DNA of 64,000 bases from Cenarchaeum sp. (GTDB lineage: Archaea > Thermoproteota > Nitrososphaeria > Nitrososphaerales > Nitrosopumilaceae), in assembly GCA_965242695.1 (NCBI GenBank), contig CBDESU010000001.1, positions 160,001 through 224,000 on the forward strand, read 5' to 3'. Made by a program: the position numbers and the translations under genes. How positions within the stretch are numbered: the first letter of the stretch is position 1; every line of letters begins with the position of its first letter. This document shows positions 28,001 through 38,458 of the stretch, piece after piece. The notes beneath the pieces are model-generated. The model saw nothing but the letters and a program-made list of their open reading frames with translations, searched no databases and was not told where the DNA came from.

Positions 28001-31000
28001 AGCCGCCGCCACCTCGGCCGCCGAGCTCATGAGGGGGATAGTGGACGGGGCATGGAACGACGGAAGTTTTGCCGACGGCGCCTCGCAGATCGCATCAAAG
28101 TCGCTCTTCCGCGAGATGTCGACGATTGAGGATCTGTCGGGGGGCAGCTGGACGTTCTCCGAGCAGGATATCTGCACAAAGGCCGCCGCCCTGTCCTACA
28201 TGACGGGCGCCCTCTCGATCAGGGCCGGCAGGGAGCGGGGCGCGCACGATTTTTTGTCCGCACCCGCGCTTCGGCTGGCCCGCCTGTGGGAAGGCCTGTG
28301 GAAGCTGAACGAGGGAACGCCGCGCGGGTACGCACTGCTCAACGCCGCCTGCTCGTACGAGTTGGCCGGGTACCAGGCCAATGCCGCATGCCTGTCGAGA
28401 ATCTTTGAGGGCGGCAGACGCGATGAGCCGGGGCGGGATCCAGACCTGGAAGACATTGCAAGCATGTTTTTGCAGCGGCGGTTTGTCGCACTGCGCGCCA
28501 CGTGCGCCGGGCTGGTTGCCGAGCCCGACTTTGGCAACGTAGGCGACATAGAGCGCCGCCTTGGCACGGCCACCGCCGCCTCTGCACTCTCGCGCCTCGC
28601 TACGTTCTTCTTGTCGGGGGCGGCAGGCGGCATCGAAGCGGCAGTCGACGACCTGTCGACTGCGGGCAGGGTGTTCCGCCAGTATGGGTACCACCAGGAG
28701 GCGACTCTTGTGCACGCGGTTCGCTCCCTGGCGGCCCCGATGTCGTCCCGGTCCACATGGTCGATCCTAGGGGATCGCGCCCAATCACACTTCGCGTGGA
28801 ACCGCTACCTGCTGCTGCTGGGCCGCGGCTTGGGCGCCCCCGTTCCCGATGGCCGCTCGATATCGGAGATGTGGCCGTCGCAAAGGGACGCCGTTGACGG
28901 CGGCCTGCTCGAGTCGGATGCCTCAAAGATCGTCAGAATGCCGACGAGCTCGGGCAAGACGCGAATCGCCGAGATGGCAATGCTCAAGGCCCTGACGCAG
29001 GCAACGGAAGCGGCGCCCCCAAAGTGCGTGTACGTTGCGCCGTACAGGGCCCTGGTGGACGAGGCGGCCGGCTCGATCTCGGCGGTCTTTGCCGATCTGG
29101 GGTTTGTCGTATCCGGCGTGGACGGGGAATACGACGGCGGGCCGTCCGAGGACGGAGTGGCATCAAGGGCCGACATAATGGTCATGACGCCCGAAAAGCT
29201 GGATCTGTTGCTCAGGGCCCACGCCGACCTGCTTGAGAGGGTCGGCCTGTTCATATTCGACGAGGGGCACACCATATGCGACGGCTCAAGGGGGCTCAAG
29301 GCCGAGCTTCTGCTGACCCGACTTAAGAGGCGGTTTTCCCGGGCGCGGTTCATACTCCTCTCCGCCGTCATTTCGGACGAGACAATGCGCGAGTTTTCCG
29401 AGTGGCTGTCCGGCAGCGGCGAAAACGTCATCGAGACCGATTGGCGGCCCACAAGGCAGCGCCGCGCACGGTTCGAGTGGTCGCTAGCCGCAGGCAGCGG
29501 CGACGACCGCAAATGCATGCTCGTATTCGACAAAGGAGACGATGCGGACCGCCTCTCAAGGCGCCGCGTAGATGCGGTGATCAGGCGCCGGCGGTACCCG
29601 TACCAGAACCCCGAAACCGGCCGCATCGTCAGACCGCCGTTCCCATCGGCGGAAAAGGGCGAGACCGCCGCCGAGCTTGCGCTCAAGTACTCGGAGCTGG
29701 GGCCCGTCCTGGTATACGCGGCAAGGAAATGCGATGCCCTGTCGGTCGCAAAAAAGCTGGCGTACCGCCTGGATCTGGCCGCAAAGTCGGGGGAAGGCGC
29801 GCCGCCCCAGTTCAGCCGCCCGGCAGGGGCTGACCCGCCCCGCTCGCAGCACATGGCGGCCGAGTGGCTCGGCCCCGGCCACGACGTGACGCGCCTGCTG
29901 GGGCGCGGAATCGCGGTTCACAACGGGGACATGCCCGACGGCCTAAGGCATGCGGTCGAAGAGGATGTGCGCGGCAGGCGGTACGCCGTCATCGTGGCAA
30001 CAAACACCCTCTCGCAGGGGGTGAACATACCTATACGCACCGTCATCGTACACTCGTGCCGCAGGTACGACCCTGACACCAAAACCACGCGGAGAATACA
30101 GGGCCACGAGTACTGGAACCTGGCCGGCAGGGCCGGCAGGGCGGGACACGAGACCGAGGGGACGGTCGTACACATAGTAAAGACCGCGGCCGACCGCGAG
30201 GACTACGACTACTACAGCGACCGCAGGGCGCACGGCGCCGTCCGCAGCCGCGTCTGCGAGATGCTCCTGGACCTGGTGCGGGGGAGGATCAGCGACGGCG
30301 CGGCCGAGGCCGCCGTGGATCCAGAGGTGCTCGGCATGCTTGCCGAGGAGGGAATGGGCGGCAGCTGCGAGGACATGATCGGCGACGTGGTGTCCGGCAC
30401 GCTCGGCGCCCTGCAGGTGCGGAACGGCGCCGGCGCCGGAGTCGATGCCGATGCGGGCCTGGACAGGCTGCGCGGCAGGTTCCTTGCGGTGGCGGGGCGC
30501 GCCGCTCGACTCGACGACAATGCGGCCCGGGCGTACGGGCGCACGGGGATGTCTACGCAGAGCTGCGAGACGATCGCATCGTACGTCGACGAGAACAGGG
30601 ATGCGGTCGCATCGCTCCTGTCCGCCGGCGGGCACGGCGATGCGGTCTCGCTCGCGCTCATGGCGCTAGATGCCGTCGACGGGCTGCCGGAGATGAGCGG
30701 CGGGGATCAATACGGCGGGGATCGCGGGGAGCTGGTCAGGCTGTGGATGGGCGGGAGCGGCGCATCGGAGGCGTGCGGCAGCGCCGCGGCGGCGGATCGC
30801 GCCGCGGCGATGCTGTTCATAGAGCGGTACCTGGGGCGGTCCGCCCCGTGGGGAGTATCGGCGTTTGTCCGAATCGCGGCGTGCAGGACGGGGACGGACG
30901 AGTCCGCCCTGCCGGATGCGGTGCGCTGCCTGCCGGACATGGTGCGCTACGGCGTGCCGAGCGCCGAGGCCGCATGGGCAATGCGCCTGGGCATGCCCAC

Positions 31001-31499
31001 GCGGAGCGCCGCCATGGCCGCGGCCGGGGGGTACGGGGGCGATCCGTCGTTTGGCAGGTTTGCCGAGTGGCTTGCGGGACTCGACGACGGCGAGCTTGCC
31101 AGAATGTGCGGCCCCGACGCGCCGCCGGCCGGCGCCGCGGCAGCGCTCTCAAGGATGCGCCCGAACCCGCTGATCCGCGAGGGGCGCAGCCTGGACGAGG
31201 TGCTTGCGATGGGCGCGACCGTCGCTTGCGATGGGCCGGCCGGCAGGCGCGCCGCCGCGGCCTGCTCGGAAGGGGATGCGGTCGAGATAAGGAGGGACTA
31301 CGACGCCATCGCCGATCGCAACGCCGTTGCGGTGCACTCTGGGGGCGCCTTGATCGGGCGCATGGGGCGGGACATGGCGCAGTACCTGGCCCCGCTGATC
31401 GACTGCGGCCTGCGGCTCGATGCGAGAGTCGGATCGGGCGGCGGATCAGAAGGCGCGGGGCGGATTCGGATACTGCTGCGCCTGGTCGGCCGCCGATAG
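27993..31499 (+). CDS. Ski2-like SF2 (HamB-like) helicase with C-terminal HIRAN domain
   Basis: Helical N-terminal region; MPTSSGKT, TPEK, DEGH, LLSAV, ATNTLSQGVNIP and NLAGRAGR motifs; C-terminal EIRRDYD..DRNAVAV..LIGRM..AQYLAPLIDCG is HIRAN-like. Start uncertain (27807 or 27993). Confidence 0.85.
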   Translation: MLEAAATSAAELMRGIVDGAWNDGSFADGASQIASKSLFREMSTIEDLSGGSWTFSEQDICTKAAALSYMTGALSIRAGRERGAHDFLSAPALRLARLWEGLWKLNEGTPRGYALLNAACSYELAGYQANAACLSRIFEGGRRDEPGRDPDLEDIASMFLQRRFVALRATCAGLVAEPDFGNVGDIERRLGTATAASALSRLATFFLSGAAGGIEAAVDDLSTAGRVFRQYGYHQEATLVHAVRSLAAPMSSRSTWSILGDRAQSHFAWNRYLLLLGRGLGAPVPDGRSISEMWPSQRDAVDGGLLESDASKIVRMPTSSGKTRIAEMAMLKALTQATEAAPPKCVYVAPYRALVDEAAGSISAVFADLGFVVSGVDGEYDGGPSEDGVASRADIMVMTPEKLDLLLRAHADLLERVGLFIFDEGHTICDGSRGLKAELLLTRLKRRFSRARFILLSAVISDETMREFSEWLSGSGENVIETDWRPTRQRRARFEWSLAAGSGDDRKCMLVFDKGDDADRLSRRRVDAVIRRRRYPYQNPETGRIVRPPFPSAEKGETAAELALKYSELGPVLVYAARKCDALSVAKKLAYRLDLAAKSGEGAPPQFSRPAGADPPRSQHMAAEWLGPGHDVTRLLGRGIAVHNGDMPDGLRHAVEEDVRGRRYAVIVATNTLSQGVNIPIRTVIVHSCRRYDPDTKTTRRIQGHEYWNLAGRAGRAGHETEGTVVHIVKTAADREDYDYYSDRRAHGAVRSRVCEMLLDLVRGRISDGAAEAAVDPEVLGMLAEEGMGGSCEDMIGDVVSGTLGALQVRNGAGAGVDADAGLDRLRGRFLAVAGRAARLDDNAARAYGRTGMSTQSCETIASYVDENRDAVASLLSAGGHGDAVSLALMALDAVDGLPEMSGGDQYGGDRGELVRLWMGGSGASEACGSAAAADRAAAMLFIERYLGRSAPWGVSAFVRIAACRTGTDESALPDAVRCLPDMVRYGVPSAEAAWAMRLGMPTRSAAMAAAGGYGGDPSFGRFAEWLAGLDDGELARMCGPDAPPAGAAAALSRMRPNPLIREGRSLDEVLAMGATVACDGPAGRRAAAACSEGDAVEIRRDYDAIADRNAVAVHSGGALIGRMGRDMAQYLAPLIDCGLRLDARVGSGGGSEGAGRIRILLRLVGRR

Positions 31500-32363
31500 C
31501 GACACTCTTCGGCATCGCGCAGATGGGGGGGATCGCCCGCTCGTCCGGCCGCCGGCTGTGGGGCATCTGGCACGCAGCATTGCTTGTGCCAGGGCGGCAC
31601 TCTAGATATTCAGGTCTCGTGGTGACACTCGACAGCTAAGGCGTTGCATTGAAATGCGAGTCGGGCGGGGCGGTTGTGGGCGCCATTGTCAGCGTCGGCA
31701 TGTCGCCGCCGGTACCCTATCGCCATGGGTAGGATCGGGAAGGGAGCAGGATGGGCGTGGGTTCGAGACCCCCGACGGGCTACAATCCGGGTGACTTATA
31801 TCACGTTACGGGCCGCGGGCCCGGCGCGCGGAGGTTCGACGGCGGAGCGTGAGAGAATAGGGGAAGATGGGGGCGGGGGGCAACGGCGGTGACAGTGGCG
31901 GCGGGGCAATCTCGACGCCTGCGCACCACTCGGGGCGCCTACCGCGCCGGCCGCAGCACCGGCGCCGGTGGTCCTAGCAGGTCGACAGTAGCGTTGCACT
32001 CTCCTGACCTGCCGGCATGGCGGCGGTGTCGCGCCGGTGATGCACATCAGCCCGCCGCACGCCGCTCCGGCATATCCTGTACCCATTTACACCGCCCTCC
32101 GATCGCTTGATCGATACACCTGTCACTCCTACCCCTCCCTCTGCGCGGCGCGCGCCGGCGATGCCTTCCATGCGTTTGCTTGGGTGTCTCAGGCGCGGAT
32201 GCCGCCAGTGACCTGAATGCCTACTGAATTTCTGCGTCTGCTCGCCGCTAGCACTAATATACTCGGCATTTTTGCGCCTCTTTGTGAGCCTCACACCGAC
32301 AGCCAATGGCGACGCACGCGGTTCAGGAGCGAGATCACGTGCGCCCACTAAACGTGCACAGAA

Positions 32364-32376
32364 GGGGGGGGGGGGG
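32364..32376 (+). repeat. G13 homopolymer within the 5' coding region of mod
   Basis: AGAA-G13-AGGAGAAG read directly. Confidence 0.9.
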
Positions 32377-32381
32377 AGGAG

Positions 32382-32465
32382 AAGACGGCCACCCGCACCA
32401 CGCGCAAGACGGCCACCCGCACCACGCGCAAGACGGCCACCCGCACCACGCGCAAGACGGCCACC
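32382..32465 (+). repeat. 24-bp tandem repeat AAGACGGCCACCCGCACCACGCGC x3.5, encoding (KTATRTTR)n in the mod frame
   Basis: Read directly; in frame with the downstream IKQYTHPDNARLNNPHVG. Confidence 0.9.
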
Positions 32466-32469
32466 ATTA

Positions 32470-35400
32470 AACAGTATACGCATCCCGACAATGCAAGGCT
32501 GAACAACCCTCATGTGGGCATTGCCAGCGCGATGCCAGATCAGACCGAGGCCGCTAAGTATAAATTTGATCCTGAGTTAAACCCGCAATTGATGTGGGCC
32601 GGTAAAGATGAAAATCATGAATTCGAGGTAGATCTTGTTTCTTTGCATGTACATGAGCGAATTGATCCATTGACCATTGTTAATGGGATGACTAAAATGG
32701 ATAAGTTTAAGCAAGAAGAAGTTGATACATTTTTTAATTCTGAGCCAAATAAGCTACCATTACGTGATGCAGTGGATTTTTATAAACATGATCAAGGTTG
32801 GTCTAACCGATTAATTGCTGGTGATTCATTGCTTGTCATGAATTCACTCTTAAAAAAAGAAGGCCTGCATAATTCAATACAAATGATCTATATTGACCCT
32901 CCTTACGGAATTAAATACTATTCAAACTTTCAGCCATTTGTTAACAGTACAACAGTTTCTGAAAATGATAGTAGCATATCGCGAGAGCCGGAAACAATTA
33001 AAGCATTTCGTGATACTTGGGAATTAAACATACACTCATATCTGACATACCTACGAAGTCGTTTACTGTTGTCAAAGAAGCTCTTGAGTGAGACCGGGAG
33101 CATATTTGTGCAAATTTCAACTGAAAACATGCACCATGTACGGGAAATTATGGATGAAATATTCGGACCCGAAAATTTTGTTTCAAATATAACATTTCGA
33201 AAGAAAGGAATGCCTCTTAAAGTAAAATATTTAGAAAGCGCCACCGATTACATTCTCTGGTATGCTCGGAACAAGTCTGAGATGAAGTATCACAAATTAT
33301 TCGAGAAGAAAAAAACTGAAGGTGACTCTCACTGGAACATGGCAGAATTACCTAGTGGTGAAAGAATCAAATTAACACGCGAACAAATAGACAATCACTC
33401 GTTGCTTCCTCGAGGATGTGATCTGATTCAGCTAAATGGCATGTACCCTGCGGGTGTCAATCAAAGCGGGACATTTAAGTTCAAATTTAAAGGAAAAATA
33501 TACCGCCCACCACCAGGACATAGCTGGAAAACTAACAGTATTGGAATGGAAAGACTGATCCGGGCAAATCGTCTTGAGCCATATGCTGATGGATCAACAA
33601 TTCGATACGTGCTAAAGCTCAGCGATCATCCAGTCACTCCCTTGGTGAACATTTGGAGCAACACACCGCCCGCGACGGATAAAATATACGCAGTGCAGAC
33701 TTCTAACAAAGTCATACAAAGGTGCATTTTGATGACGACGGATCCCGGAGATTTGGTTTTTGATCCTACCTGTGGATCAGGAACCGTTGCATATGTTGCT
33801 GAGCAATGGGGCCGACGGTGGATTACTTGTGACACATCACGTGTAGCGATCACGTTGGCACAAAAACGACTGACTACATCCACATATCGGTATTACAAGC
33901 TTGTAGATTTGAACAAGGGGGTATCTGGAGGATTTCTATACAAAAAATTCAATCATGTGACACTTGGCTCCATTGCAAATAACGAAACGCCAACTGTCGA
34001 AACATTATATGACGATCCTCTTGTCGATCACGACATTACTAGAATTTCCGGACCTTTTACGGTCGAAGCCGTACCATCCCCTATTGTTAAATCGCTAAAC
34101 ACACTACACAAAAAATCTAAAATGCTAACTTTTGATGAGATAGAAGTGGCTAACCGACAAGATGCGTGGCGGTCCGAGTTACTTAAATCTGGAATTCGTG
34201 GACAAAAAAACCAACGAATTAGTTTTATACGTATTGATCCATATCCGTCCACACGATGGATTCACGCAGACGGCGAAACAACGCAAAATCAACGTGTTTT
34301 TATATCGTTTGGTCCCGAACACGCGCCACTAGAAAAGCGGCAGGTTGAACAAGCCATCAATGAAGCTGTCAAACAAATTCCTAGGCCATCTATGTTAATT
34401 TTCGCAGCAATGTAGTTTGATCCTGAAGCATCAAAAGACATTGACGAAACCAATTGGTCTGATGTTAATATCCTAAAAGTTGAGATCAATAAAGATCTAT
34501 TAACGCGTGATTTACGGAAAAAAAACACCAGCGATGAGTTGTTTTGGCTCATGGGACAACCAGACGTAGAGCTAATCAAGCAAAATGACCGACAATATGT
34601 TGTCGAAGTTTGTGGATTTGACTATTTCAATACAAAGACCGACGAAGTAGAATCTGGAGGTCCTGACAAAATAGCTATGTGGATGCTTGACACAGACTAT
34701 GATGGTAGAAGTATTTATCCTCAACAGGTATTTTTTCCGTTTGACAAAACTCACGCATGGAAAAAATTAAAAGCGAGCTTAAAATCTAACATAGATACAA
34801 CACTTGTAGATAAATATAGTGGGACTACATCAATACCATTTTTACCAGGAAAAAACAAAACAATAGCTGTTAAAATAATTGATGATCGTGGTGTAGGATC
34901 GCTAAAAGTTATGGAGTTGAAATAACATGGATGATTTTTTTGATGAGGTTATCATTTCTAGTCCATACTACGAACCTACCAAGTACTGGGATTATAGCCA
35001 AGTACATGAACGGCCTGTTCTTGCCGATGGTCGGCGCCCCTCGGGCTTCTTTGTACATACCACAAAGCCTGGTGATCGGGCTACTCCATTGCCCCTTCCT
35101 GGTACCCTGCGCTCTGACACCATGTCACATTTTTCATCGTCTGAACATTTTGTTTTTAAAGAGCTAAAGATCGTTAACACTATCCGCAAAAAAGTCAAAG
35201 AATGGCGCCTGAATAATTATCCGGGCGTCACTAGTACCACGCGCGATCTATTAAGATATTGGCACAATGATAAAACACGTTCTCGCCGACTATTTTTTTG
35301 TCAACTTGAAGCAATTGAAACGATGATTTGGTTGACTGAAACGACACACGGTATAAAACAACGCACTACATTGCCCACGGATGGTGGACCTTTTTCACGC

Positions 35401-37860
35401 CTCTGCTCTAAAATGGCCACTGGTACTGGTAAAACACTTGTTATGGCGATGCTAATCAGTTGGCAAATTCTTAATAGTGTGACCAACCCTACTGATAATC
35501 GATTCTCCAAAAATATACTGGTTGTTGCCCCCAACATAACCGTACGGTCACGCCTCAGCGTTTTGAAATTATCTAAATCGAGTATATATTCCAAATTCAA
35601 TTTAATCCCAAAATCCTATTATCATCATCTTTATGATGGAACTGTAACAATCCATAACTGGCATGCACTAGCTCAAAAAAATATCTCAAAGCACATGGTT
35701 GTCAAATTTAATCAAGAAAGCCAAAAATCTGCCTGTACGAGGATTCTTGATGATTCTCGTGCACACGATATCATAGTCATTAACGATGAAGCGCATCATG
35801 CATATCGTCTTACACAAGACAATAAATCATTAAAAAAAGACGAGCGGGTTAGAAACCGACTATGGATCGAAGGCCTTGACATGATTCATAATGAACGTGG
35901 AATAAAACACTGCTTTGATTTTTCTGCCACACCGTACACACCTACTGGAAAAGACCTACCGGAAGATGCCATGTTTGACTGGATCGTGTCCGATTTTTCA
36001 CTATTTGATGCAATTGAATCTGGTCTTACCAAGACGCCCGGAATTGCAGTTTCGGATGACTCTACAGCTAAACAAAGGCTTGGTAATACTAAGTTTTTCC
36101 ATATTTTTCGTGATGATAATGTACGACGTAATATGACTAAAAAACCCACTAAAAAGTCTGATCCATTGCCCCAACTTGTGATCAATGCGTACAAAGTACT
36201 TGGTGAAGACTGGGTAAAAACCTGGGAAAAGTGGACGGCCAAAAATTTCCCCATACCTCCTGTACTGATCACCGTTTGCAATAGCACTGACAGCGCGGCA
36301 CGAATTGCCCACTCGTTTTTGACTGGGCGGCTCTTACTCCCTGAACTGTCCGATCAATCCCATATTCTGCATGTTGATTCAGTAGAGATTAACAAAGTCA
36401 ACGTAAGCTCTTTGAGTGTGGATGATTTGTCATCAAAGAACCGGGATCTTCGACGAATAGTTGACACAATTGGTTTGCCAGACGAGCCGGGAGGAAAAAT
36501 ACGGAACATTATCGCGGTTCAGATGCTATCTGAAGGTTGGGATGCACGTAACGTGACACATATAATGGGTTTGCGAGCGTTTACGAGTCAATTGCTTTGC
36601 GAGCAGGTTGTAGGTCGTGGTCTGCGCCGAATGACATACGATGCTGACTCGAACGAAATGCTTCCGTACGAACCCGTCACAGTTTTTGGCGTCCCTTTTT
36701 CATTACTTCCACAAAGGGTACACCGCCCCTCGCCCTCACCTGATCCACCTTCTTACGTTAAAGTCCTTGATCATCGTATTAAACATGAAATTACATGGCC
36801 TAATGTAGAGCGTGTGGATATTGAACTGAATCCACTGTTGACAATAAAGTGGGACGATGTAAAAATATTAGAATTAAGTGTCAAGGACACTGCTACAACT
36901 GTGCATATGAGAGACTTATTACCGAATAAACCTGTAAGCTCGATCAGTAAAATCGATTTACATGATCTGGATGTAAAAATCCGTTTACAACAAATTATTT
37001 TTTTAGCATCAAAGGATGTTTTTAATAATTTGACTCATCTCTGGTCCGGCGATAAAAATTATCTGATCTTTCAAATCGTACTTATTGTCGACGAATTTAT
37101 TAGGAAAGAGAAAGTTGTTGTGACTGATGTATCTGATGATCGACTAAAACGAAATTTTACTATTATGCTTAATATGGGGAGCATTGTTGAACACGTTTGT
37201 TCATATATTAAAAATGCCAGCAAATCAAAAAGATCCATTCTTCTCAGCAGTGCCCACCCTGTGTTGTCTACGGCAAGTATGGAAATGTGGGCTACACAGC
37301 GCAAAACCATCAAAACAACAAAATCTCATATTGGACTTGCAGTTTGTGATTCAACATGGGAGGAACGAACAGTCAACGAATTGGAGCATAACCCTCATGT
37401 TGTATCATGGGTTAAAAACGATCATATAGGATTCTTTATTTCTTACAACGATCAGGGTGTAATTAGACAGTATTATCCAGATTTTTTAATAAAATTAGAT
37501 AATTCTGTTATGCTGGTATTAGAAGTAAAAGGATTGACTAAGAAGTCACCTGTAACCGCATTAAAGAAAAAAGCATTAGAAGATTGGGTAGATGCCGTTA
37601 ACGATAATGCCACTTTTGGGACATGGCGCAGTGACATAGTTTATGATCCTGCACATGTTGCTAGAGTTATTGAACGTCATAGCTCGTTAAAAGTCTCCGT
37701 TTAAATATATTTTAAACCCTGTCACGTGTTACCACATATGTATCGATTCCAGAAGAGACTTTTGTCGAGTCACGTAGCTGCTGTCTTTGCTACCACCTGC
37801 CTGATGCCTTGAACACATCTCTTTTTATAGCCCTGCAAAAACTATCACTCCTGTCGCTGT
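32470..37860. mobile_element. Low-GC horizontally acquired segment carrying mod-res
   Basis: Abrupt switch to AT-rich sequence and codon usage against strongly GC-rich flanks (visual estimate). No integrase or att pair seen. Confidence 0.7.
34927..37704 (+). CDS. res: Type III restriction endonuclease/helicase subunit (Res)
   Basis: FFCQLEAIET, KMATGTGKT, INDEAHH, FSATP, MLSEGWD and EQVVGRGLRR helicase motifs; C-terminal YYPDFL..LEVKG nuclease motif. Starts 1 nt after the mod stop. Confidence 0.92.
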   Translation: MDDFFDEVIISSPYYEPTKYWDYSQVHERPVLADGRRPSGFFVHTTKPGDRATPLPLPGTLRSDTMSHFSSSEHFVFKELKIVNTIRKKVKEWRLNNYPGVTSTTRDLLRYWHNDKTRSRRLFFCQLEAIETMIWLTETTHGIKQRTTLPTDGGPFSRLCSKMATGTGKTLVMAMLISWQILNSVTNPTDNRFSKNILVVAPNITVRSRLSVLKLSKSSIYSKFNLIPKSYYHHLYDGTVTIHNWHALAQKNISKHMVVKFNQESQKSACTRILDDSRAHDIIVINDEAHHAYRLTQDNKSLKKDERVRNRLWIEGLDMIHNERGIKHCFDFSATPYTPTGKDLPEDAMFDWIVSDFSLFDAIESGLTKTPGIAVSDDSTAKQRLGNTKFFHIFRDDNVRRNMTKKPTKKSDPLPQLVINAYKVLGEDWVKTWEKWTAKNFPIPPVLITVCNSTDSAARIAHSFLTGRLLLPELSDQSHILHVDSVEINKVNVSSLSVDDLSSKNRDLRRIVDTIGLPDEPGGKIRNIIAVQMLSEGWDARNVTHIMGLRAFTSQLLCEQVVGRGLRRMTYDADSNEMLPYEPVTVFGVPFSLLPQRVHRPSPSPDPPSYVKVLDHRIKHEITWPNVERVDIELNPLLTIKWDDVKILELSVKDTATTVHMRDLLPNKPVSSISKIDLHDLDVKIRLQQIIFLASKDVFNNLTHLWSGDKNYLIFQIVLIVDEFIRKEKVVVTDVSDDRLKRNFTIMLNMGSIVEHVCSYIKNASKSKRSILLSSAHPVLSTASMEMWATQRKTIKTTKSHIGLAVCDSTWEERTVNELEHNPHVVSWVKNDHIGFFISYNDQGVIRQYYPDFLIKLDNSVMLVLEVKGLTKKSPVTALKKKALEDWVDAVNDNATFGTWRSDIVYDPAHVARVIERHSSLKVSV

Positions 37861-38158
37861 AGACAATGCCACTGCGGTGGCTCTTATCTGCATGTGCTCC
37901 TCACACCATTGCCTGCTATTGTTTCCACACTGTCCCTATGACCATCGCCATCGACATTGGGTTCTCGTGGGGCCTGTCTATGGTGGGGGCCAGGTCGCTA
38001 GCGTTGACCCTTCTAAGCGCGCAGTATTTGGCCTCGCTGATCTGCCGCGGCCTACGACCAGATGCCTGTATCGACGGATCGGATGGGGTGGGAGTGGGGC
38101 AGGAGCACCACATCCATTAGGATCCGTCTATGTCGTACAACCCCCGCCGTAGCGTGAA

Positions 38159-38398
38159 GCCGCCCGGCGCTGCGCTGACGCGGGGCCTCTGCCCCTGTTC
38201 GGCGCCGGGCATGGGCCGCCCGGCGCTGCGCTGACGCGGGGCCTCTGCCCCTGTTCGGCGCCGGGCATGGGCCGCCCGGCGCTGCGCTGACGCGGGGCCT
38301 CTGCCCCTGTTCGGCGCCGGGCATGGGCCGCCCGGCGCTGCGCTGACGCGGGGCCTCTGCCCCTGTTCGGCGCCGGGCATGGGCCGCCCGGCGCTGCG
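38159..38398. repeat. 56-bp perfect tandem repeat x4.3, each unit a nested hairpin
   Basis: Units at 38159, 38215, 38271, 38327 and 38383 (partial). Arms GCCCGGCGC/GCGCCGGGC enclose GGGGC-CTCT-GCCCC. Confidence 0.95.
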
Positions 38399-38427
38399 TC
38401 ATTCCACAACTTTGTAACAGGTCACCC

Positions 38428-38439
38428 ATTTAAATAAAA
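38428..38439 (+). promoter_or_regulatory. TATA box of the FTR1-hydantoinase operon
   Basis: TTTAAATAAAA about 25 nt upstream of GTG 38459. Confidence 0.65.
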
Positions 38440-38458
38440 TCGGCCTGCCGCCTGCCGC

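Larger units (their letters stand above)
32306..34925 (+). pseudogene. mod: Type III R-M methyltransferase (Mod), as read out of frame at the G13 tract and interrupted by an in-frame TAG at 34413-34415
   Basis: PQLMWAGK, SLHVHERIDP, NRLIAGDSL, YIDPPYG (motif IV), DPTCGSGT (motif I) and GPFTVEAVP. After FAAM-TAG the same frame continues FDPEA..WMLDTDYDGR..AVKIIDDRG to 34925. Confidence 0.85.

Noticed and set aside
31757-31782. tRNA or att-site remnant (GTGGGTTCGAGACCCCCGACGGGCTA)
   Set aside because: It resembles a T-arm, but the stem is mismatched, I found no D-arm, anticodon arm or matching acceptor strand, and no second copy or integrase is present.
34413-34415. Pyrrolysine or amber recoding
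   Set aside because: TAG terminates many clear genes here (cofD, cofC, FTR1, helicase) and no pyl genes are seen; a CAG>TAG mutation is simpler.
37866-38152. Small ORFs or a transposase remnant at the right edge of the low-GC island
   Set aside because: No recognisable motif in any frame; cannot be supported without a search.
38159-38398. CRISPR array or coding repeat
   Set aside because: Units are contiguous and identical with no spacers, and the 56-bp period is not a multiple of 3.
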